This document shows positions 1-9,426 of a stretch of 64,000 bases of DNA, one piece after another. How positions within the stretch are numbered: position 1 is the stretch's first letter; each line of letters begins with the position of its first letter. The notes below the pieces were generated by a model. The model worked only from the letters and a program-made list of their open reading frames with translations. It made no database searches and was not told where the DNA came from. Origin of the DNA: a virus; the IMG/VR virus record IMGVR_UViG_3300045117_000026, positions 1 to 64,000 of that record. The stretch is one strand, 5' to 3'. A program made the translations under genes and the position numbers.

Positions 1-10
1 TACCTCAGAC

Positions 11-283
11 TTGAAATGGAAATTTACCATACCCTCTGGTGCATCAATGACGTGGTGGTACCAATCGGTTGACGGAACACCATTGAATGGAACTGATGCC
101 ACCGGCGAATCAGTATGGCAGGGTGGTGATAGTAAATATCACGCAGTTGATATGCTTTACGTTGGTGGTACCGTTGCTGGAACGGTTCAGTTTCAGTGGG
201 CGCAGTATTCGCCTGTAGTTGTAGACGATACAATACATATTGGCTCTAACCTAATAGCACATAGGATTTCACCGGTAATGTAA
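11..283 (+). CDS. C-terminal part of tail/fibre-like protein (probably truncated at window start)
   Basis: Beta-rich sequence (GTVQFQWAQ) typical of fibre ends; ends the + strand block. Confidence 0.5.
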   Translation: MKWKFTIPSGASMTWWYQSVDGTPLNGTDATGESVWQGGDSKYHAVDMLYVGGTVAGTVQFQWAQYSPVVVDDTIHIGSNLIAHRISPVM

Positions 284-486
284 TGAGATGTCTGTATCTC
301 GTATCAGGCGCACTTACCGGGTCGCTATTGACAGTTACGACAGCGGATATAGTCTACCTGTGGTGGATAGGCAGGTGGTATGAAATCCAGCCGATACTTG
401 ACCTCGAGTTAATATCGCTGGTCCTGCTGTTCGCGTTCGGGTTGTCATTCTGTATATGGAGTCTTCGCCTGTTGAAACGCCGTTAG
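283..486 (+). CDS. small two-TM membrane protein
   Basis: Two hydrophobic segments; TAATG coupling to upstream gene. Confidence 0.55.
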   Translation: MRCLYLVSGALTGSLLTVTTADIVYLWWIGRWYEIQPILDLELISLVLLFAFGLSFCIWSLRLLKRR

Positions 487-572
487 GGTACTGTCCATTT
501 CATTCAAGAAGCCACTTTTTAGCCTGCTGGACAAGCTGGCAGTATGAAACTATAGGCTAGGCAAAATGGACG

Positions 573-1061
573 TTAATTCTGATGGCGTTCAAGATAGAAC
601 TGGTGCGTGGAACGGAATTCCCCGGACTCAATGGAGTCTTTAACCCGCGCCTTAAACAGGTCTGTCGCTTTCCAAAACGATAAGCCGTTCATGAGTTTCG
701 GCTCAAAAAGGCAGTTAGTATAAACCCATAATCGTGGGGCTATGTACCACGAATACTTATCAGCCTTGGCCATTTTCGAGCTTGGAAGCCGTGAATACTC
801 GCAGTGTCCGGCTGTTAACAAAAAGTATTCAAACCCGAACCACCGACCGGCAATCGTAGCACCTGTCCGCCAATGCGCCTTTTTCTGCTCGACATCATTC
901 AAGTAGTCAAGGCCCCAATGCCCTATATCGTGCAACAGGATGCAGACGGTTTCTTTGAAAGTTGGGAACTTCCCGTACAGCTTTCGCCATGATAGCCAAA
1001 CTAGAAAACAATGGACAAACGAATGGCAACCGAACAGTATAGAGATAGTGCCTTGTTTCAT
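573..1061 (-). CDS. HD-domain phosphohydrolase-like protein
   Basis: H...LLHDIGH...H...GH...AD pattern. Confidence 0.65.
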   Translation of the reverse strand: MKQGTISILFGCHSFVHCFLVWLSWRKLYGKFPTFKETVCILLHDIGHWGLDYLNDVEQKKAHWRTGATIAGRWFGFEYFLLTAGHCEYSRLPSSKMAKADKYSWYIAPRLWVYTNCLFEPKLMNGLSFWKATDLFKARVKDSIESGEFRSTHQFYLERHQN

Positions 1062-1062
1062 T

Positions 1063-1815
1063 TTAAGCTTCTGCTTTACATTCTATTCCCTTGAGGCTTC
1101 CAAGGTGAACAGCGAGGTCCTTCTTGATGTAGTATGACTTCTTCAGTTTCCTCAGGAGCGCCACAACATCCCTAGCGAACTTTGTCCAGTTAACTTGCTC
1201 GGCAAGCGGGTGATAGTTCAACTTGCCAATTTTATAAGTGTCAACATACTTTGCTGACTTCTCGATAAGAGACAAGGTTTGCTCCGGATAAACCACGGGT
1301 TCGCAACTTACCCATGTTCTAATCTTATAGTCATGCGCCACTTCCAAGTTCTTGAGTCTGACTTCCGGCAAGGCAGCACTCGGCTCCCACAGGAGAGAGT
1401 CGCTACAGTTATTAAAAGTAAGCGTGGTGCCGAATTCATCAAAGCCCTTGTAAAGATTAAAGTCGTCACGGACGACAGCCCCAGCCTTTGTTAGTATCTT
1501 GTAGTTTATGCTGTATCTGTTAAATATACGCATAGCTAATTGGGTATCGCTCTCAACCCCAGGCATATATGGGTCGCAGGAGAACGACATCAGCACGGGG
1601 CCCCAGTTGGCATGGTCATACATGAACGCGACATCCATTTCGAGTTTCTTGAAAGCATCGGGCTTCATCTTCGGGACGCTGTACTGCTCTCGAGTAAGAT
1701 GTAATGTCTCCGGTCCGTAGCAGTAGATGCAACCGTGTGTGCATCCATCATACAGATTTAGTGCCATGTTGCAATACTCTTTGGCACGACCACTAGTGTA
1801 GTAGATAATCCTCAT
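1063..1815 (-). CDS. radical SAM protein (spore photoproduct lyase-like clade)
   Basis: NLYDGCTHGCIYCY, DPY, ILTK, WVSCEP motifs. Confidence 0.85.
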   Translation of the reverse strand: MRIIYYTSGRAKEYCNMALNLYDGCTHGCIYCYGPETLHLTREQYSVPKMKPDAFKKLEMDVAFMYDHANWGPVLMSFSCDPYMPGVESDTQLAMRIFNRYSINYKILTKAGAVVRDDFNLYKGFDEFGTTLTFNNCSDSLLWEPSAALPEVRLKNLEVAHDYKIRTWVSCEPVVYPEQTLSLIEKSAKYVDTYKIGKLNYHPLAEQVNWTKFARDVVALLRKLKKSYYIKKDLAVHLGSLKGIECKAEA

Positions 1816-1840
1816 GTTTCTCCTTTCAAAAGTAAAAAGC

Positions 1841-2007
1841 GGTGCGGTATCCGGGAGTATAATGCGACTCTACTAAAGTGCATTAAAGCGCCTCTGGTTG
1901 CCCAGTCCCCGGCTTCACGGCGGTATTCATGGCTCCCCTTGGTGGATTTCCTTATCGGGGAGTTATAGCAACCTACGTTTTGCCACCATCCAACAGGCTA
2001 CCGCACC
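1841..2007 (-). ncRNA. unassigned ~167 nt multibranched structured RNA
   Basis: Intergenic; 9 bp closing helix GGTGCGGTA/TACCGCACC; internal helices including CTGG-GCAA-CCAG; followed by U-tract. Confidence 0.6.
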
Positions 2008-2259
2008 ATTACACAGGCGGGATAGGATATACCCATTAAACGAGTTTCCGACTCAATACCTGTATAAGCAAATTATACTACAATATCCATGTCCGGATGT
2101 GCTTCCTTTTCTGCTAGTAGATTTAGCGAGATAGCTATAGTAGCCACGGCACACCTGCCGTCAACCCACCATTGACACGCTTCGCCAACGCAGTCAATCT
2201 CGTCCGGCAATACTATAGTAGGATGGATACGAAATATTGGGCAGATGCCTTTACTCATA

Positions 2260-2538
2260 TTAGTTCCTGAATATAGTTTCTGGTCTATAAGTGGTGTCGT
2301 CAGACATAAGCACAAAGTCGACCTTTTCCCATGAACTAGCCGCATTGTCCGGCATACCGAGTATACGGATCATCCTTGCTACCAAAGCATTCCACCCTTT
2401 GTTAAGCGACTGCCTTAGCGCAATCGCCCTAACAAGCACGATATACTCTTCATGGGGAATCTGGTCAAACTCCTTTTGTGTTAATAGCACTTTCTTCATA
2501 GGCTCGCTCCTCGCTCTATCGGCTCGTCGCTTCGCCAC
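2260..2538 (-). CDS. hypothetical protein
   Basis: Co-oriented ORF in tightly packed operon. Confidence 0.5.
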   Translation of the reverse strand: MAKRRADRARSEPMKKVLLTQKEFDQIPHEEYIVLVRAIALRQSLNKGWNALVARMIRILGMPDNAASSWEKVDFVLMSDDTTYRPETIFRN

Positions 2539-3038
2539 ACAATCCTATCCCAAGTAATTTCGGTGCTGTCGGCAAAGCCACGGCGCCATATACAATACGC
2601 ACTAATGCCATACCAATTAAAGACTTTTGTTAGAAACATGGTTGACAATCCAAACCCGCGCTGTTGACAATACTCAAGGCGTGCCGGAGTTATAGCATGC
2701 ATCAGCAGTAATAACCCAAAGCCTTTACGACATGATGCCGTTGCCGTTGATAGCGTCTTGTCAATCATTGAATACGGCGGATTTGTAACTATCCAATCAA
2801 CATTGGCGGGAAACCAAAAAGCGTCCTTGCCGTCTTCCATCTCTGCCCATCTCTTATCAACAAAGTCGGGCAGATTGTCATAGAAAGCCCCGCTTCCTCG
2901 AAACGGCTCCATCACAACATCATTCTCTATAAGCGGGGTAGAGCTAATTAGTTTTCCAGCCAAAACCCTGGGAGTATAGAACTTGTCATTCGGCTTTTCA
3001 CGGTGCTTGATTCCGTGCGACGTACTAGATAATGACAT
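2496..3038 (-). CDS. small N6-adenine DNA methyltransferase
   Basis: FYTP, MEPFRGSGAF (SAM binding), TNPPY catalytic motif. Confidence 0.85.
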   Translation of the reverse strand: MSLSSTSHGIKHREKPNDKFYTPRVLAGKLISSTPLIENDVVMEPFRGSGAFYDNLPDFVDKRWAEMEDGKDAFWFPANVDWIVTNPPYSMIDKTLSTATASCRKGFGLLLLMHAITPARLEYCQQRGFGLSTMFLTKVFNWYGISAYCIWRRGFADSTEITWDRIVWRSDEPIERGASL

Positions 3039-3054
3039 AACTCTTTTCTTATTA

Positions 3055-3120
3055 GGGGCCTACACTCCGGGTCGGCCCCCAGTCTTCGGTACCCGGCTAC
3101 CTCGCCACTGGTGCACGCCA
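3055..3120 (-). ncRNA. two-hairpin pseudoknot/kissing-loop element
   Basis: CCAGT/ACTGG and GGGCC/GGCCC hairpins whose loops hold complementary CCGGGT and ACCCGG. Confidence 0.4.
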
Positions 3121-3166
3121 TAAGTAAGAGCCTAGGAATTACTCACGGTAACTGACCTGTGGCTAG

Positions 3167-3207
3167 AAAATAAAAGCCCAGTTAACTGGTGGTTGCCAGA
3201 ACTGGGC
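3167..3207 (-). terminator. intrinsic terminator after the tRNA
   Basis: GCCCAGTT...AACTGGGC stem followed by TTTTATTTT. Confidence 0.75.
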
Positions 3208-3208
3208 A

Positions 3209-3284
3209 TGGTAGCGGGGGACGGAGTCGAACCGCCTATTTCAACCGCATGGGGGTTGTGAGATGCCGTTTCTCCACACCCGCG
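3209..3284 (-). tRNA. tRNA with CAT anticodon (Met/fMet-like, atypical)
   Basis: D stem GAGA/TCTC, anticodon arm CAACC-CCCATGC-GGTTG, T arm GGCGG-TTCGACT-CCGTC, encoded ACCA, C1 mismatch. Confidence 0.85.
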
Positions 3285-3297
3285 ACGCAACATAATC

Positions 3298-3840
3298 TTA
3301 AGTTGTCTTAAGGTGAAAGTCAATATCAATGTCTCCCCTAAATCGCCACCGTTCTATGTGCTTGTCTTTGTCGGAAGTGATTAACTGTCCGCCAGCCTTA
3401 CAGATTACGTCCAGAAAGACCTCGAGTTCGCCAGGTTCACTTACATCAACATTAACCTCGGCTACATTATATACCCACCCATGAGTAACTATCCTGCCAA
3501 CAGGCAGGGCAACAATCTCGACAATGTCCAGTTCCTGCAAAATGAAAGTAATCTCCTCGAACCGAATTTCTCTACGACCAAGCCTGTCATGGATGCCAAT
3601 GCTTCCGCAAAATTGTCTATGTTCTATCACCTTGTCGGTAGGCAGAACACTAATGACAAATGACTTATTGCCGACGTGCTTATGTATGATGAGGAATATC
3701 TCATCAAAGCTGAGATAGCCAGCCGGAGTATCAACGAAGTTTTGAGTCAATGGATATTCCAGCCCGGCGCCGTTCTCGATATCGTCAAGCGTTCTTTCCT
3801 CGAACTTGCACAGGAAGTTAGTGTATTCAGTTTCGTTCAT
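3298..3840 (-). CDS. hypothetical protein
   Basis: 180 aa ORF, co-oriented. Confidence 0.6.
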   Translation of the reverse strand: MNETEYTNFLCKFEERTLDDIENGAGLEYPLTQNFVDTPAGYLSFDEIFLIIHKHVGNKSFVISVLPTDKVIEHRQFCGSIGIHDRLGRREIRFEEITFILQELDIVEIVALPVGRIVTHGWVYNVAEVNVDVSEPGELEVFLDVICKAGGQLITSDKDKHIERWRFRGDIDIDFHLKTT

Positions 3841-3982
3841 CTATTCTCTTCGCCTTAAATAACTTTGCGCACTTACTGCATAGCGGACCGTTGTGTTTGG
3901 ATATCTTGAGTTCTTTATCAAGCCCTAACCATTCATATGTAACAAGCTGAGTCACCCTGTGACCGCAGATGCCATATTTCAC

Positions 3983-4897
3983 TTAGGACCTTTTCTTGCC
4001 CCAGACATTGCCCTTGGAGCAGACCTCGACATCACGGCGTCCGTGATGTAACCCATGAAGGATTATCTTTGACGTGCCAAGGTCTGTCGGTTGATGACCG
4101 CCACGCTGGGCATAACCGCCCCATTTGACCCAGGCACCGCAACCAACAAAGTTCTTGCGGTGGTTTCTAGCAAGACCGACTTTCCACGGCTTGCCATCTA
4201 CAGCGTATGTCCTGTTATCAGGTACTAGATAGTTCTGCGGGTGAGTGTGGGTTGTGTGGTCATGAGCAATCAGATAGACATCAGCATGGACGGCATCGCC
4301 GAGGTCTTCCACCTTGACTACTTTCGAGCCTATACGCCTAGCACCACCCCACCCATGAGTGCCATAGACCCAGAAAGAGTAGCCCCTATCGGGGAGAGAG
4401 TAATTGCTACTTCCAAAAGTAACCTTGAGATAGATACCATCGGGGAAATACGGCACGCCCAGTTCGGTAGCCATTTCCTCAGAGACGTCCGTGCTGGTGT
4501 TGCGGTATATGCGTGCCTCATGGTTGCCACTGGTCATTCCTAGAATCTTATGCTTGATTGGTTTCAAAATCTCGATGACCGCACGCTTCTGCTTCGATGG
4601 GGTAATAATCTGGTCCCAAGCTGACCCTTTCGAGTCAAGGAGATTTGCTTCAATGAGATCGCCAATGCAGATAGCGTAGGCGTTGGGGGTGGTGGCGATG
4701 TAGTCCCTTAACTCAAGGAAATGGGGTAGGGAACAAAAGGGGTTGCCGAGATGAAGATCGCAAATACCGAACAACTCAAGGTTTTCGAATTCCTTGCCGA
4801 GGGACCAAGCTACATACTTCAGTTCTTTAAGATCGGCTTTGAGTAGTAATGACTCCCAATCTTTTTCTTGGTTTGTTAACTTCGGTTTAGTACTAAT
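3983..4897 (-). CDS. calcineurin-like metallophosphoesterase (probable ATT start)
   Basis: DLHLG, GDLIE, GNHE, HG, AHDH motifs; frame stays open upstream of the TTG at 4774 to an ATT at 4897 with GAAAGAGG SD. Confidence 0.85.
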   Translation of the reverse strand: MSTKPKLTNQEKDWESLLLKADLKELKYVAWSLGKEFENLELFGICDLHLGNPFCSLPHFLELRDYIATTPNAYAICIGDLIEANLLDSKGSAWDQIITPSKQKRAVIEILKPIKHKILGMTSGNHEARIYRNTSTDVSEEMATELGVPYFPDGIYLKVTFGSSNYSLPDRGYSFWVYGTHGWGGARRIGSKVVKVEDLGDAVHADVYLIAHDHTTHTHPQNYLVPDNRTYAVDGKPWKVGLARNHRKNFVGCGAWVKWGGYAQRGGHQPTDLGTSKIILHGLHHGRRDVEVCSKGNVWGKKRS

Positions 4898-4932
4898 GTC
4901 TAACCTCTTTCCCTATATTAGCATAGTGGATT

Positions 4933-5349
4933 TTATACGTCAATTCTTACCCCTCTGGTTCGGGACCACGTTAGATGCGACCGGTGTGAACGGCTACAAC
5001 AGTATTCATTCCTGTCTATCTTGGCACGATATTTAATCTGAGACATACGGATTTGTATCGTCTTCCCGCACCATGCGCATTTGACTGCCTTGTAGTGTGA
5101 GGCAGACTGACATGCCATATTGCAGAATATCCTGTGTCCTGCTATCGGCTTACCGCAACTTGGGTTGGCGCACAGGTGCATATTCTTTGTCTTTCTTGCG
5201 CCAAGCATTGCCTTGTACATCTCGGGTGCTTTCCTAACAAAGATTTGACGGATGTTCTCGTATGAACAGTCAAACTTCTTGCTGATATGGCGAAGCGTAA
5301 CGTCCGGATGTTTCTTCTTATAATCAATTACTGCTTTATGATTAACCAC
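4933..5349 (-). CDS. HTH plus Zn-finger DNA-binding protein
   Basis: TLRHISKKFDCSYENIRQI helix-turn-helix; CANPSC/FCNMAC, CAWC/CCSRSH. Confidence 0.65.
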   Translation of the reverse strand: MVNHKAVIDYKKKHPDVTLRHISKKFDCSYENIRQIFVRKAPEMYKAMLGARKTKNMHLCANPSCGKPIAGHRIFCNMACQSASHYKAVKCAWCGKTIQIRMSQIKYRAKIDRNEYCCSRSHRSHLTWSRTRGVRIDV

Positions 5350-5674
5350 GATTACTCCTTGCCCATTCCATTAAGGATGTTCTGAATTTCTCTTTTGTCA
5401 TCTCCAACAGAGACGAGTTCCCGCTGTCAATTGCTCGGAAGATAATCGGCCACAGGGCCAACAGTTCCTTATGCTTCTCTTCCGCAACAGCCTTTAAGTA
5501 TGCTTTGCTACAATCCGGCAACACGATGGTTGACGGGTCTACACCATTGGCCACCTGTTCCTGAACGTAGCGCCACCAATCGTCTTGGGATACTTCGTAG
5601 ACAATCCATTCGATGCCACTACGTCCAGGAATCAGATGACCGCCGCCCGCGGTTTTGTTAAAACCTAGGTACAT
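5342..5674 (-). CDS. hypothetical protein
   Basis: Overlapping start/stop with neighbours. Confidence 0.55.
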   Translation of the reverse strand: MYLGFNKTAGGGHLIPGRSGIEWIVYEVSQDDWWRYVQEQVANGVDPSTIVLPDCSKAYLKAVAEEKHKELLALWPIIFRAIDSGNSSLLEMTKEKFRTSLMEWARSNRG

Positions 5675-6591
5675 TAGGAAGCCGCTTTAGTAGCAATCTC
5701 CTTTGCTTTATTCCAGATTTCTTCCTGAGTGACCTGTGCTGCGGTGCGGCCGCCAAGTGCTGAGAGCACCTGATTAGGAAGGAGACCAAACTGTTCTCTT
5801 ACTTTCTTGAAGCAAACAGTTTTGTCGGAGAATGGCGGTTCTGTATTCGTGGCTGTCGGGTCGACTTTAGGCTCAACCTTTTCCACGGTAATCTTCGGTG
5901 TCCTTTGCGGCATGGAGTCGGAATCCATTTCTTCCGGCATTGAGCCAAGCCCTTCACCGAGAGCCTTACGGCAGGCATCTCCGAACGCTCTTGTGCGAGC
6001 CATGTTGACTACTCGCTCGAGATTGGCTGAAGCGCCTGCTTGCATCTTGGCGCCGGACAGGGTACAGATACCGTGCCCGTCGTAGTGTTCGCCATTCCAG
6101 AATTCGATGACAACATCAATCTGCGCCCACGGGTCCTGACTTTCCTCATGAACATTAAGGTTGCGGAAAGTAATGGACTTCTTCAGCCTTGGGTCGGCAT
6201 CAAGTCGCCACTTTCTACCGTCAACACCAGCGTAGGGCCGGCCGCTGATGATAGACACGGTGTCATACGGCACATTGGCGATGTTGACGAACTGGTCAAT
6301 CATCTTGAGTGTCTTCTTGTCAATGTACGTACCCGGCTTCACCTTTAACAGCGCTGAACGTTCGTTGTCGGGCAGGCGCCGTTGCTGTTCAATACAGTTG
6401 AACAACGAAGCACGGGATTGTGCCGACATCAGGAATGCTGGTATTGCTTCCCGTGGAAAGCCAGCGACAGTCATGAGTTGCGAGAGTTCGGAAATCTGCG
6501 CCTGTTCTTTCTTTATGATTTCAGTATTTATAACTCCCTGTACTGAAGCAGGGACCAGAGCAGAGGTAGGTTCGTCTTGTTTCTTTGGCAT
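5674..6591 (-). CDS. putative ssDNA-annealing recombinase (Rad52/RecT-like)
   Basis: GRPYAGVDG...MARTRAFGDACRKALG pattern; recombination context. Confidence 0.55.
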   Translation of the reverse strand: MPKKQDEPTSALVPASVQGVINTEIIKKEQAQISELSQLMTVAGFPREAIPAFLMSAQSRASLFNCIEQQRRLPDNERSALLKVKPGTYIDKKTLKMIDQFVNIANVPYDTVSIISGRPYAGVDGRKWRLDADPRLKKSITFRNLNVHEESQDPWAQIDVVIEFWNGEHYDGHGICTLSGAKMQAGASANLERVVNMARTRAFGDACRKALGEGLGSMPEEMDSDSMPQRTPKITVEKVEPKVDPTATNTEPPFSDKTVCFKKVREQFGLLPNQVLSALGGRTAAQVTQEEIWNKAKEIATKAAS

Positions 6592-6613
6592 ATAAACTCC
6601 TTTTATTTATTTA

Positions 6614-6940
6614 CTATCCGAGTACCTTGCCAGCGGGATTGCGTTCCCGTGGTGTCCACTCAAAAGTGACCTTACGGCCGTCACAAAGCTTGAAAGCTTG
6701 ATGCGCTAATGCCTGTAACCGCTTCTCTTTAATCGACCATTCGCAGCGAAGCTGATTAATTATAAGCTGACTGTCTGACACGATATTTACATCATCGGGT
6801 ATAGACTCCAGCGCCCAGATAACCGCCATATACTCAGCCTCATTGTTAGTTGCTGTTTCAATTTCCTTTATCCGAGGCGGTTCATCCTTTACCTTGTAAC
6901 AGATTTGGTGCGGGTTGGCATCTACATAGACTGTCTTCAT
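6614..6940 (-). CDS. ribonuclease HI-like protein
   Basis: VYVD, TNNEAEY, SDSQL, W.PRE.N.A motifs. Confidence 0.9.
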   Translation of the reverse strand: MKTVYVDANPHQICYKVKDEPPRIKEIETATNNEAEYMAVIWALESIPDDVNIVSDSQLIINQLRCEWSIKEKRLQALAHQAFKLCDGRKVTFEWTPRERNPAGKVLG

Positions 6941-7629
6941 AGCGGTATGAAAGTTGTCCTGCCTTTCTTGATTACTTCACCAGAAGCCTCAGGGACGTTG
7001 ATTTTAGGCTGTTTTTGAGGCTTCTCGCTTGCTCCAGTAGAATTCCTTTGCCTTGTCGGAATGGACGCTAAATCTTGCCCTTCTCGCAAGGCTTTGACGC
7101 GAGTAAAGACCCATCCACGGGATTTGCCCAGCAACTTACCCTTTTGCTCCATCGTTAATGATTCGTCCATCAATATGGACTTTACGTCAGTCGGCTGAGC
7201 TGGTGGAGCGTCAATCGGTACCGCCTCTTCCATCACCTGCACAAGTTCTATCGGCATATCAATCGGTCGCCTTACTTCGGGGATATATTGAGGCGGTGGT
7301 GCGATCTTGCCATCCTTAGTAATAAGGCAATTCACTTTAATCCATGAACTACCGCCGGCTAAACGCACCCCCATAAAGTGGTCCCCGTTCTCACGGGACA
7401 TGAACCAGAGTTCGTCCTTCTTATTGGACGTCGGGCACTTCTCCTCTCGCAACTTGATTATTGACTCAGGAGAAATCGGCTCGACGAGGGCCTTTGTGCA
7501 CCATCCGCAGAAGAACTCGCCTTTCTTTCTTACGTTCTTACCGCACGTTGGACATGTCTGCTGTTCATCCGGAGTATCCAGTATGTCGGTTTCAAGGTCC
7601 TTAAATCTTCTTATTCTGCCCACCTGCAT
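6937..7629 (-). CDS. Zn-ribbon/HTH protein
   Basis: CPTC..CGWC; C-terminal HTH-like segment; ATG 7629 has AAGGAG SD. Confidence 0.55.
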   Translation of the reverse strand: MQVGRIRRFKDLETDILDTPDEQQTCPTCGKNVRKKGEFFCGWCTKALVEPISPESIIKLREEKCPTSNKKDELWFMSRENGDHFMGVRLAGGSSWIKVNCLITKDGKIAPPPQYIPEVRRPIDMPIELVQVMEEAVPIDAPPAQPTDVKSILMDESLTMEQKGKLLGKSRGWVFTRVKALREGQDLASIPTRQRNSTGASEKPQKQPKINVPEASGEVIKKGRTTFIPL

Positions 7630-8383
7630 CTCCTTTCGTTTTCTTTTCGGGGATATAGGCTTGAGGGGTATAAATCGTATTGTCGTTCTGAGGTCTGCCG
7701 AAGACTTCAAAGATGTCATTGATTGTCTGCGGGCCCACATCGGGCACGGCGCCTTTAAGCTTCTTGAACGGCTGGGCAAGGAAGTCTATAAACTTCGGGA
7801 ATTCTTTCTTAATCGCAGTTGCCCTTGCTAACCCAACGCCTTTTATAGACGTCAGCATTTCAATAACAGGGTCACGCACAAGCAACGGGATGGCATAATG
7901 GACCGGCGCCTTTCCGGCTACATGCTCAGGGTCGTTGTACCATGAAACGATTTTCTGCACCGCAGTATAGGCAGCCCCGGCGCCCTCAGACGGGAAGCGA
8001 TAGTGGTAAATGCCAGCGTGCCACATCTCAAGTAACCAGTTCTCAAGAAAGAACCAGTTATAGTTACGTTCACCGTATTTGGTGCGGATATTCATCCTGG
8101 GGAATGAACAACTGTAGTAACCGAGTATCATCAGTATTGGAATGTCAACTGCTTCGGCAAGGCCTCGCAGTTGTTCCTTAATCCTGTTTGTCTGCATATC
8201 GGTCAATAGCGCACCGATTGTTTTCTCTTCCATGCCGACAGTCAAGTGAGGAGGACACTCCATGATAAACCGGTAATCGCCACCTCTGTCCCCGAGGTCG
8301 CAAATCTCGACATTGTCGTTCATTAATTCCTGAAACTTCTTCTTCGTAGGATCAGGTTGTCTGTAGTCCATCCATAAGTGCAT
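7601..8383 (-). CDS. ERCC4/XPF-like structure-specific nuclease with HhH motifs
   Basis: D.RQ, GDY, EEKT, then IKGVGLARA and DVGP HhH motifs. Confidence 0.75.
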   Translation of the reverse strand: MHLWMDYRQPDPTKKKFQELMNDNVEICDLGDRGGDYRFIMECPPHLTVGMEEKTIGALLTDMQTNRIKEQLRGLAEAVDIPILMILGYYSCSFPRMNIRTKYGERNYNWFFLENWLLEMWHAGIYHYRFPSEGAGAAYTAVQKIVSWYNDPEHVAGKAPVHYAIPLLVRDPVIEMLTSIKGVGLARATAIKKEFPKFIDFLAQPFKKLKGAVPDVGPQTINDIFEVFGRPQNDNTIYTPQAYIPEKKTKGDAGGQNKKI

Positions 8384-8395
8384 TTCTGTATTCTC

Positions 8396-9184
8396 CTACT
8401 TCTGCATCCACGGTCGGCATAATCCAGCGAACTGACAGCCGGGGCACGTGAATATGTTCGGCCTCGGCGGAAACAGCCCTGTCTTAATCAACCCGATAAC
8501 TGGTTTCAAGACTTCGTTGATATACCAGTTAACGTGCTCAATTGTTCTAACAACTGTCATTTCTTGGACTTCCGGCGTCCGTTTCCTTACGGCGGTATGG
8601 AAACTGAACTTGACCGGCGCAGTAACCCCGGCATTAAGGAAACGGCTCATTGAATATGAGTAAGGTTGCAAGCTTGACTCGACATCGGAAACGGTCTTAC
8701 TGCGCTTTGATGTCTTGTGGTCTATGATTGCCTCATGCTCCTCACGGACATCAATCCTTCCTGTAAAGGCAACCCCTGTATCGGGAATGACAAGTTCAAA
8801 GTTCTCTTCAACGGCAATCGGCTTAATCTTTTTTGCTCTCTGGTCGTACTGGGCACGGACAAGTTGTATGCCCTCGTCCTTGATAATGCCCGGGTCCTCA
8901 TCGCCAAAGTCAATCTCCAGATGGCGCGATTCCTCGTCATCAATCTGGTCTTTCTTTTCCCATGATGTTGAGAATATATCCTCTACATCGCTGAGTGGCA
9001 ACAGTTTTGCAGTCTTCATCTTGTGAGCAAGGTTATCGCCAACTGCTTTGTGATAGGCACCACCTAGGAACAGGTTGTAACTTACCCTGCCTGGTATCTT
9101 GAGTATGTACTGGTATTCAGCCAACCGCGGGCAGTTCATGTAGGCTTGAACTAGTGAGTTACGGAAAGTCAAGGACTGCATCAA
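8396..9184 (-). CDS. Cas4/RecB-like PD-(D/E)XK exonuclease
   Basis: CPR, G.AYH, GRID, IIDHKT, Q...Y, C-terminal CPGC..C. Confidence 0.85.
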   Translation of the reverse strand: MMQSLTFRNSLVQAYMNCPRLAEYQYILKIPGRVSYNLFLGGAYHKAVGDNLAHKMKTAKLLPLSDVEDIFSTSWEKKDQIDDEESRHLEIDFGDEDPGIIKDEGIQLVRAQYDQRAKKIKPIAVEENFELVIPDTGVAFTGRIDVREEHEAIIDHKTSKRSKTVSDVESSLQPYSYSMSRFLNAGVTAPVKFSFHTAVRKRTPEVQEMTVVRTIEHVNWYINEVLKPVIGLIKTGLFPPRPNIFTCPGCQFAGLCRPWMQK

Positions 9185-9426
9185 TTCCCCCTAACCGGCC
9201 TTGGCATTCCTCGTGCATAAACGGCAGAATGCCTAGTACCTCGAATTCTACATCATCGTTGGGACAGAACTTCCCATGACCTTTTGGCTGTAACACCCTG
9301 TACCTTACAACCCGCTTTTTGCCACACCAACAACATTGTTCTAGGGAGATGATTTCGTCTTCTCCTGCCGGCATATCATCAGTATCCGGTGTTTGATGCC
9401 AGCAATGTTCCATAGTATTGCTCCTT

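Noticed and set aside
1841-2007. tRNA, RNase P RNA, SAM-I or cobalamin riboswitch
   Set aside because: The 5' end is tRNA-like but there is no T arm; conserved cores of the other classes were not found by eye.
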